Shown here: piece by piece, positions 36,638-44,082 of the stretch | How the letters are laid out: every line of letters starts with the position of its first letter | Position numbering within the stretch: the first letter of the stretch is position 1 | Assembly: GCA_019637395.1 (NCBI GenBank) | Contig: JAHBVR010000005.1 | Coordinates: 65,312-129,311, forward strand | Length of the DNA stretch: 64,000 bases | Source of the DNA: Vulcanimicrobiota bacterium | Lineage (GTDB): Bacteria > Vulcanimicrobiota > Xenobia > Xenobiales > JADMJV01 | Direction of reading: 5' to 3' | Notes under the pieces: generated by a model | Databases searched by the model: none | Told to the model about the DNA's origin: nothing | What the model saw: only the letters and a program-made list of their open reading frames with translations | Program-made: the position numbers and the translations under genes

Positions 36638-38238
36638 AGCGGCCCCTGCTCTGGTTGCTGCTGGTGGGCCTGGCCTGGGCTCAAACCCCGGAACGCAAGC
36701 TGGTTTTTTTGCGCTCTCAAGGACTGAGTTCCTGGGCCGAGAGCGATCCCGGTTTCGACTACACTTGCTACCTGCCCCGCCGCTACAGCCTGCGCGGACT
36801 GGAAGATTCCCTGATCAAGGCCAGCGCCAGTTCGGGCGGCTTACCCACTCGTCTGCTGGGAGTTTTTGTTGGTGACCAGGTCCAGGTGGCTCCGCTGAAT
36901 TTACGCCTGGAACCGCCGCTCTTGCCTCTGAGCCTGACCGTGCGCAATCCCTGGCGCGGAGTAGTGTTTCTGCGCAAGGAAGGTCAGGAGATGGCGGCGA
37001 CGCCGGGCCTCTGGCAGCCATGTGTGGCCGCCGGTGCCGGCGATGGCCTTTATCAAGTGACCGCCTGGAACGAAGGCGGTCACTTGCAACTGCAGGATTT
37101 GATCTCCTTGGGGCCGGCGCCGCCCCCCGCCCAACTCCAGGGGCCCCTGCGGGCCGTCGTCAGCGAAGGCTTTCTGGACCGCACTCTGAGACTTTATCGC
37201 CAGGCCCATCCGCAGTTTTTTCGCTTCTCGGAACCGGGTGGCCGGGCCGGCTTTGAACTTTCCTCGCTGGGCCTGACCACCATCCCCGGGCACCTGCGCG
37301 CCTACGCCTCGGTCAACGGCCAGATTCAGGGCTTGGGAAAACTGGTCGAGGGGGAATGGGAGGCGCCGCTCCAGTTGGAGTTACAGGGTGGCTACGCGCG
37401 GCTGAAGTTGGGGGTGCAGGGACAGAGTGTGCGCCTGGTCAAGCCCGTCTTCGCGGAAATGCCGCAGAGTTGGGCGGACCAGTTGAGCGCCATGGCCCAG
37501 CGCATCTTTTCTACTCCGCTGGCCGTGCCGGTGCCGGGGGCCTATTTGCAGCCTCTGCTGGCCAGCGGTCTGGTGACGCAGGCCGAGCTGGAACAACTGA
37601 AGATTACGCCAGCGGGCTGGGGCGATCGGCGCAGCGGCTGTCTGTTGCTCAGCAGCTCTCCGGCCGCCTCACCCCCCGAACAGCTGGCCCTGGCGGCCCC
37701 CGAGGGTTTTGTGCTGGGCCTGAGCAGCCAGGCGCTCAACCGGGGTATCGCTCAATCGCTGCGTCTGCCCATGCGAGTGGACCTGCCCGCCGACCGCGTG
37801 CCCTCGCCCCAGGTGCTGATCTTCAAAGTGCAGCTTAAACAACTGGAGCTCCAGCAACTGAACCTTCGCTACCAGGAGGGAGCCTTTCACTTCGACCCGT
37901 GTGTGCTGGCGGTGGCCTGGCAGATGGGCCCGCTCTCGGGGCTGGAGCCGGGCGCCCGGGTAGTGGGTAGTGCGCTGCCGGCTTTGCAAAACGGCCAACT
38001 GCAATTACGCATGAAGATCGACCAGCTGGACATTCTCAGCCCGCAGATCCTGCAACAGTCTCCCCAGGAGCAGCAGCGCCTGCGCCGGCAGATTCTGGAT
38101 GGGCTGCAGAAGACGCCGCTACCGCTGCCTTTTCCCACCCGGCTGAACACCGAAGTCCACCCCCAGGCGCAACTGCAAATCACCCGCCTCGATCCCCAGG
38201 CCGACGCCCTCTGGCTGGCCGGCCACTGGGACCGCTAG
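36634..38238 (+). CDS. secreted hypothetical protein (~534 aa)
   Basis: ATG overlaps the ABC transporter stop. Signal peptide MKRPLLWLLLVGLAWAQ. The longer ORF from 36031 overlaps the ABC gene and is rejected. Confidence 0.5.
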   Translation: MKRPLLWLLLVGLAWAQTPERKLVFLRSQGLSSWAESDPGFDYTCYLPRRYSLRGLEDSLIKASASSGGLPTRLLGVFVGDQVQVAPLNLRLEPPLLPLSLTVRNPWRGVVFLRKEGQEMAATPGLWQPCVAAGAGDGLYQVTAWNEGGHLQLQDLISLGPAPPPAQLQGPLRAVVSEGFLDRTLRLYRQAHPQFFRFSEPGGRAGFELSSLGLTTIPGHLRAYASVNGQIQGLGKLVEGEWEAPLQLELQGGYARLKLGVQGQSVRLVKPVFAEMPQSWADQLSAMAQRIFSTPLAVPVPGAYLQPLLASGLVTQAELEQLKITPAGWGDRRSGCLLLSSSPAASPPEQLALAAPEGFVLGLSSQALNRGIAQSLRLPMRVDLPADRVPSPQVLIFKVQLKQLELQQLNLRYQEGAFHFDPCVLAVAWQMGPLSGLEPGARVVGSALPALQNGQLQLRMKIDQLDILSPQILQQSPQEQQRLRRQILDGLQKTPLPLPFPTRLNTEVHPQAQLQITRLDPQADALWLAGHWDR

Positions 38239-38801
38239 GGGCCGGTCCAGGGGGGGAAGAGCTGCTGGGGGAGGCCGAGGGTGTCGAGAATTTTGCCCAC
38301 CACATGATCGATCAGATCTTGCATCGTTTGGGGTTGGTGATAAAAGCCGGGCATGGGGGGAAGCACCACCGCTCCCATCTCCGTCACCGCCAACATGTTC
38401 TTCAGATGCACGGCGTGGAGCGGTGTCTCGCGGGTGACCAGCACCAGTTTACGCCGTTCTTTGAGCATGACGTCGGCGGCCCGGGTCAGTAAATTGTCGC
38501 TGAATCCGTGGGCGATGGCGGCCAGGGAACGCATGCTGCAAGGCACCACCGCCATGGAATCCACCGCGAAGGAACCGCTGGCGATGCTGGCCGCGATATC
38601 TCCCTCCCGATGGACGACGTGAGCCAGCTCGTGGACGGCCGTCAGTTCCCACTCGGGATTCTCCAGGCGCAGCGTGACGGCGCCCGAGCGTGTGACCACC
38701 AGGTGGATCTCCAGCTCCGGCAACTGGCGCAATGCCTGCAGTAGCCGGATGCCGTAGACGATTCCGCTGGCTCCGCTGATCCCCACGATGATACGCCGCA
38801 T
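38235..38801 (-). CDS. ubiX: flavin prenyltransferase UbiX
   Basis: MRRIIVGISGASG ... LKERR ... VRETPLH ... MP..PGFYH gives near-colinear identity to UbiX/Pad1. Confidence 0.8.
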   Translation of the reverse strand: MRRIIVGISGASGIVYGIRLLQALRQLPELEIHLVVTRSGAVTLRLENPEWELTAVHELAHVVHREGDIAASIASGSFAVDSMAVVPCSMRSLAAIAHGFSDNLLTRAADVMLKERRKLVLVTRETPLHAVHLKNMLAVTEMGAVVLPPMPGFYHQPQTMQDLIDHVVGKILDTLGLPQQLFPPWTGP

Positions 38802-38977
38802 CGCTCCGGCTTCTCCCAGACAGGAAGCTACCCCTTGAAAAGAGGGGACCAGTCCCCCTGGAGCCTAGAAAATAGGACTCTGGACAGGGGTGTTTAGCAA
38901 CATGGTTATGTTACCCTTAGAGAAGGGGGCCCTGACCCAGGGAATCCGGCCGCGGGGCCACGAAGGCGGAGGTCACT

Positions 38978-39670
38978 GTGCAGTTTGACAGGATCTTGAG
39001 TCAATTCTCCGGGGAACTCCCGCTTTTCCCTCTGCCCAAGGTGGTGCTCTTTCCCGGTGCCCGCCTCCCTCTGCACATCTTCGAACCGCGCTATCGTCAG
39101 ATGATCAGCGATGCCGAAGAGAATGAGGGGCTGATCGGGATGGTCTGCCTGCGCGAGCGCCGCAGTAAATCGGACACAGGCAACAGCCCGGTGCACTCGG
39201 TGGCCTGCCTGAGCCAGATCCGCAACCTGCAGCGCCTGCCCGACGGCCGCTTTCTCATGCAGTTGCAGGGCATCCAGCGCGCCCGCATTCGCGAGGAGCT
39301 GGACGTGCCGAAGCCCTATCGCATCGCCCGGGTGGACCTTGTTCCTGACATCGTCAACCCGCTCGAGCCGACGCCCATCGAGAACCTTTTTGAGCGCGCT
39401 CTGGATTCTTTCAATCAAGTGTTGCGCAACCTGGCTGATTTACCCGGTTCGCTGGTCTCGATTCAGAAGGAGGCTCCGGCCGGGCTCTTATTGGATGTGC
39501 TTGCTTACTATCTGCCGGTGGATTCCCTGATCAAGCAGCGCCTGCTGGAAGAAAGCGAAGTGCACCAGCGCGCCCGTCTGCTCTCGCGCATCCTGGATGA
39601 GCTGGCGCAGGTGGTTCCCGACGACGACACCGTGCGCTTTCGTATCTTCCCTAAACCCAGTTGGAACTAA
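38978..39670 (+). CDS. Lon N-terminal (LON substrate-binding) domain protein
   Basis: LPLFPLPKVVLFPGARLPLHIFEPRYRQMI is typical of the Lon N-terminal domain. Confidence 0.6.
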   Translation: MQFDRILSQFSGELPLFPLPKVVLFPGARLPLHIFEPRYRQMISDAEENEGLIGMVCLRERRSKSDTGNSPVHSVACLSQIRNLQRLPDGRFLMQLQGIQRARIREELDVPKPYRIARVDLVPDIVNPLEPTPIENLFERALDSFNQVLRNLADLPGSLVSIQKEAPAGLLLDVLAYYLPVDSLIKQRLLEESEVHQRARLLSRILDELAQVVPDDDTVRFRIFPKPSWN

Positions 39671-40560
39671 GTGGCCCACTCCGACCACTTGAGGCGGCTG
39701 CCGCCCAGTCGCGCCTGACAATAGCGGTAGAAGCGGCTTAAAAAGAGGTGCCGTTCTTCAGAAAGACGCCGGTTGGCGCCGGTGGAGATCTCGTTCAGAT
39801 CCCAGCCCGGCCGGACCCCTTTCTGGCGGGCCAGAATGTCCTGGAGAGAGACCTTGTCAGCGTTCTGGAGCATGTCATACATGGCCAGGAAGGTGCTGGT
39901 CCGCCCCACCCCGGCGCGGCAATGAAAATGCACCCACTGCGGACGTTGTTCGAGGGCCTGTAGAAAGCGCTCGACCTCTTCGTCGCCAGGATGGAGATGA
40001 TCGGTGACGGTCAGGCGCAGGTAATCCTGGCCGGTGGAACGCACCAATTCCTCTTCGCTGCTCACCCGAGAGACGGGTAAGACTTCTCCTCCGGCGCGCT
40101 GGCCGCGATCATAATCTTCTTCGGTCAGCAGCTCGACTTCGGAGCGCTCGGCCAGCTCCTTGAGCTGTGCCCGCTCTGTGGCCAGCACCTGGTCGTGGCT
40201 CAAGCCCCGGTTGGCCCAATTGTGTTCGGCATTCCAGGTGAGAATGTGATCGCCTAAAAAACCATGGGATTCCTGGCGCAGATCCACCACCAGCACTTTC
40301 TGACTGGGAATCAGGGACAGGACTTCGGCAATCGTTTCGGGTCCGAATTGAGCGCTTCCCGACATGGGCAGCGCGGCCAGACCGGTGACGTTGCCCGCAT
40401 AGTGCTCGGCCATCATGGCCGCGCTCCGAAAATACAGCGGCGCTCCGACATCCTCGACCAGACAGGAAGGGTTTTGAGCCCACACCAGGCGGGCCAGACA
40501 AAGGAGCAGGAAGAGCTTGCGCACGCCTCTATATGGCCGTTCGCATGTAAATGTAAACAT
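39667..40560 (-). CDS. secreted protein tyrosine / dual-specificity phosphatase
   Basis: Signal peptide. HCRAGVGRTS is a CX5R P-loop. Confidence 0.7.
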   Translation of the reverse strand: MFTFTCERPYRGVRKLFLLLCLARLVWAQNPSCLVEDVGAPLYFRSAAMMAEHYAGNVTGLAALPMSGSAQFGPETIAEVLSLIPSQKVLVVDLRQESHGFLGDHILTWNAEHNWANRGLSHDQVLATERAQLKELAERSEVELLTEEDYDRGQRAGGEVLPVSRVSSEEELVRSTGQDYLRLTVTDHLHPGDEEVERFLQALEQRPQWVHFHCRAGVGRTSTFLAMYDMLQNADKVSLQDILARQKGVRPGWDLNEISTGANRRLSEERHLFLSRFYRYCQARLGGSRLKWSEWAT

Positions 40561-40636
40561 TTTGTGGCAGGCTTGTAACTATTTGAGCAGAACCTCCTCG
40601 TTAAGATGGACAGCGCATTGGCTCGGCAGGAACTCG

Positions 40637-41821
40637 GTGAATCCGCTTAATTCCTTTAACCTCTCGGAGAAGCTCAGCGGCGTTTCAGGGACAGCGAAAC
40701 TAACTTTCAAGGCGCCCGTTGTCCCGGTCCAGGATTTTCAGACCCAAGATGGTTTTGTGGCGAGTTCCGTGGCTACGCCGGCTCCGGCTTACGTGCCTGA
40801 AGTCACGCCGGGAACAGAAGTCTCCGTTGCTGCCCCTGCGCCTGAAGAGACCCGGCCATCCAATCCTCCCGCCCCGCCGTTGCTCGCCCCCACGCTCTTG
40901 GGCCAGGAGCAATTTCTGGCCGGGCAGTTTTTGATTCCAACCGATGTCTCGAGTAAGCCGGGTGACATCACCTACGCGCCTTTGGCGTTTGATCTGTCCA
41001 AGCCGCTAAGCGGAGTTCTGGCTATCCCGGAGATCGATTATATCGAGCAGCTCCAGCCGTTGAACACTCGTTATCCCGGGCTGACCGAGCGTCTCAAGGA
41101 AGCGGAGGCGCGCGCCTGGATTGTCAGCGTCACCAGTGCGGGGGCGGGAAAAGGACGTCATACCGACGAGGTGCTGAAGAATCCACCCTGGCCCACCAGC
41201 AGCTTTGGCTCCAGTCGCCAGAACATCAGGGAAAAAGCGCTGCAGTTGCAAGAGGCCAATCCCAAACTGTCTTCCAGCCGGGTCGAAGACTATGATTTTG
41301 AGCAGGCCAAAGATCGGGCCGAGGACTTGTTTGCCGAAATGGAGCAGATGTTTCCTGAATCGGAGTTCGCCGGCGCCAAATTTGCCACTCGCGCCAAGAC
41401 GCCGCAGAGCCTGGAGAAGAAGTTGGCCAAGCGCAACCAGGAAGGCGGGCCAGAATTTTCGCTGGCTCACCTGACCGACTCGGTCGGCGCCCGCCTCGAT
41501 TGCACCAGCTTGAAGATGATGGGCGAGGCGGCTCATAAGCTGGAGAAGCACTACGAAGGCAAAATCGTGGCCAAGGACGACTATGTCTCGCAACCGGGCG
41601 CCCTGGGCTACCGGGCGCTTCATTATATTGTAGACCTGGGTGACCGCATGGCCGAAATCCAACTTTCCACCCACGACCTGCGGGCCACCGACCTGGCCAC
41701 CCACGACACCCTTTACAAGCCGGAGTTTCCCATCGACGCGGAGACGGCTGAAAAGCTCAGCGGTTCGGCGGATCGCGTGATGGAAGCGGAAAGCTTCCGG
41801 TATCGGACGGGTTTCCGATGA
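40637..41821 (+). CDS. RelA/SpoT (RSH) nucleotide pyrophosphokinase-domain protein with a unique ~250-aa Pro/Ala-rich N-terminal region
   Basis: The C-terminal 150 aa carry synthetase motifs: RAKTPQSLEKKLAKR, DSVGARLD, GYRALHYIV, EIQLSTHDL, HDTLYK. The GTG at 40637 is preceded by AGGAA. The upstream TTG-initiated extension overlaps the divergent phosphatase gene. Confidence 0.65.
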   Translation: MNPLNSFNLSEKLSGVSGTAKLTFKAPVVPVQDFQTQDGFVASSVATPAPAYVPEVTPGTEVSVAAPAPEETRPSNPPAPPLLAPTLLGQEQFLAGQFLIPTDVSSKPGDITYAPLAFDLSKPLSGVLAIPEIDYIEQLQPLNTRYPGLTERLKEAEARAWIVSVTSAGAGKGRHTDEVLKNPPWPTSSFGSSRQNIREKALQLQEANPKLSSSRVEDYDFEQAKDRAEDLFAEMEQMFPESEFAGAKFATRAKTPQSLEKKLAKRNQEGGPEFSLAHLTDSVGARLDCTSLKMMGEAAHKLEKHYEGKIVAKDDYVSQPGALGYRALHYIVDLGDRMAEIQLSTHDLRATDLATHDTLYKPEFPIDAETAEKLSGSADRVMEAESFRYRTGFR

Positions 41822-42060
41822 TCACCGTCGTGGCCACCTACGATCGCCAGACCGGCGCCTGCGAAGTCCACCTGGCGCTTTCTTCAGCTCTGGACAAAGC
41901 AGAGCGGCGCTCGCTGGCCAATGCCAAGGTGGAGGAATTATCGCAGAAGCTCGACAGCGAGCGCTTTGAAGTGATTTACTCCGTGGCGCGCACCGTGGAT
42001 GACTTCGTCTCTACCGACGGGCGCTTCCAGACCGTCCGTTACGCTCCGGGGGTGCAATGA
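41818..42060 (+). CDS. small protein (80 aa), candidate antitoxin/immunity
   Basis: Its start overlaps the RSH gene stop (ATGA). Its N-terminus resembles that of the next small ORF. Confidence 0.4.
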   Translation: MITVVATYDRQTGACEVHLALSSALDKAERRSLANAKVEELSQKLDSERFEVIYSVARTVDDFVSTDGRFQTVRYAPGVQ

Positions 42061-42311
42061 TCAGCCTGGTGATCTCCGAAGACAAAGAGACTGGCGAACA
42101 GCGTATCGAGACGATGCTGGATTGGAAGAACTTTGCGGAGCCCGAAGACCGGCACGACCAGTTGGATGAAACCGTGAATCGCCTCCACGAACTGTATCAA
42201 GGCCAGAGATTTCTATATACCAGGCATGCGCAAAACTTGTTCACGTTTTTGCAAGAAAACCCGGCTCTGGGCCCTAACCAGGCTGTTGACGAAGTGAAAG
42301 GACCTCAGTAA
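42057..42311 (+). CDS. small protein (84 aa), possible paralog of the preceding gene
   Basis: Its start overlaps the previous stop. Shared MI(T/S)xVxxxDxxTG N-terminus. Confidence 0.4.
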   Translation: MISLVISEDKETGEQRIETMLDWKNFAEPEDRHDQLDETVNRLHELYQGQRFLYTRHAQNLFTFLQENPALGPNQAVDEVKGPQ

Positions 42312-43981
42312 TGCAGATCAATCCGTTCAAGTTCTTCACCTCCCCCAAGGTGGAGCCCACTTCGACAGCCACAACCACGCCGACGCCGAGCTTGCAGCAA
42401 CCGGTGGCCGCTCCTCTGGAACAGTTCACCCCCTCGGCCGCCCCGAAAACCGTGCCCGACCTTCCTCTGAAGACTGAGGCGCCGCCGCAACCCGTCGAGG
42501 CCAAGCTCCCCCCGGCCCCCCAGCTGAAGTCCGAACCCCCCGTCGAGAGCAAGTTGCCCGCCAAAGAAAGCTGGATGGACCAGGATTGGAACCTCGGGCC
42601 GGGTTCTAACGCTAAAGCCGAACCCCACGAGAGTCTCTGGAAGTATCCCACACCGCAGGCGCCGATAGAACACAAGAAGATGATGGTTGTGGACGACGAA
42701 GCCACCTATTTTGTGGGTGGAGGTGAGTCCAAAGGCGGCGAGGCCAAGAAATCGGAGTTGGATCCGCTCATGGCCAAGTTCACGGAGCTTAGCAAGAATC
42801 ATGGTCTGAAGAAAAGCTCGGATCATTTAGGGCTGGGAGTGGGCGCCATGGCCGGGGTCGTAGCGGGCATGGCCGGAATGGCGGGAATGGGCGGAATCGG
42901 TATGTTGGGTATGATGCCCTCCATGAACTCCTTTTTCAGTGGAGTTGGCTCTGCTGGAAAGTTCAATCAGGACATCCTGGCCCATGAAATCGGCCACGCT
43001 TCCCCTTCGCCCAACCCGAGCGGCTTCGGAGGAGGCATTACCAACTTCAGCCATCTTGCGGCCGAGCAGCAGAAGTTTTTGGAAGACCTGAAGAAGCTGG
43101 ACAAGGGAGCCCCTTCCTCGGCTCAGGGTAGTATCACCAACTTTAACCAGATGGCTCTCGAGCAGCAGACGGCCCTTCAGGATCTCGCCAAAGCTCAGGA
43201 AATAAAAAATACCGCCGCTGTTAGCGAGGCCAAGCCTGTGCCCACCTGCGGGGGCCTGACCCGGGCCCAGGTGATCCAAGGCGTCGACGCCAAGTTGGCA
43301 GCTCTTGGGAAGACGAGCGTCCGCTATTCGGTGGATGAGAAGATGTTTTCGTCGATGGACAAGCTGAATCTCGACCCGGTCGATTTCTTTACTGCCCGCG
43401 CCTGCTGGCAGGGAGTATCTACCAAGCGCCGCGCCGTTCTGGAAAAGGTCTTGGACCAGTTTCCGGAACTGCCCAAGGACCAGAAGAACTGGCAGGCGGC
43501 GGTGGCCTCGGCTGAGGCCAAGGGCACGAAGATTACCGACACGGATAAGGTCTTCATCCAGTATTTCATTGAAAATCGTAAGGCGATGAAGAGCCTGTTC
43601 CGGGCCACCCTGCCCAGCGGCTTCCAGGGAAATTCGGCGATCTGCTATCGCGGCCAATCGAACAGCTCGGAGTATGGCCCTCATTCCACCAAACCGTTGG
43701 GCTGTTACTCGATCGATCCGGAGATCTCCGAGAGCTGGGCGACAGGCGGTAACCTCAAGCAGTTCAAAGTGAAGCTGAGTGACGTCTGGTCAACTTACAC
43801 GGCCACACAGAACAACAATCGCTGCGAACGAGAACTGACCGTGTATTCCCGCGGTGGAATTCGCAGAGGTGAAAAAGTCAAGGATATACCTGCCGCCAAA
43901 CGCGAATTCCAGGCCAGCTACGCCGGCGATAAGCTGGCAAAGGATCTGGAAACTTCACAATATAATAAATCCGGTTGGTAA
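42311..43981 (+). CDS. Pro-rich, Met/Gly-repeat protein with an HExxH motif and a C-terminal domain of unknown function
   Basis: ATG overlaps the upstream TAA. The Pro/Thr-rich N-terminal third resembles that of the RSH protein. MAGMAGMGGIGMLGMM tract. LAHEIGHA motif. Confidence 0.5.
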   Translation: MQINPFKFFTSPKVEPTSTATTTPTPSLQQPVAAPLEQFTPSAAPKTVPDLPLKTEAPPQPVEAKLPPAPQLKSEPPVESKLPAKESWMDQDWNLGPGSNAKAEPHESLWKYPTPQAPIEHKKMMVVDDEATYFVGGGESKGGEAKKSELDPLMAKFTELSKNHGLKKSSDHLGLGVGAMAGVVAGMAGMAGMGGIGMLGMMPSMNSFFSGVGSAGKFNQDILAHEIGHASPSPNPSGFGGGITNFSHLAAEQQKFLEDLKKLDKGAPSSAQGSITNFNQMALEQQTALQDLAKAQEIKNTAAVSEAKPVPTCGGLTRAQVIQGVDAKLAALGKTSVRYSVDEKMFSSMDKLNLDPVDFFTARACWQGVSTKRRAVLEKVLDQFPELPKDQKNWQAAVASAEAKGTKITDTDKVFIQYFIENRKAMKSLFRATLPSGFQGNSAICYRGQSNSSEYGPHSTKPLGCYSIDPEISESWATGGNLKQFKVKLSDVWSTYTATQNNNRCERELTVYSRGGIRRGEKVKDIPAAKREFQASYAGDKLAKDLETSQYNKSGW

Positions 43982-44082
43982 GAGAAAGGACCGCGGTACT
44001 CCCCGAAAAGCGTACCTTGTCCAGTACAAAATCAGCTTAAAATTGGAAACTCCACCGCCCGATCCTGAGTTTTTCCTGGTGC

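Noticed and set aside
40517-40636. The longer TTG-initiated start of the RSH-domain gene
   Set aside because: It overlaps the divergent phosphatase start. The GTG at 40637 has an AGGAA RBS.
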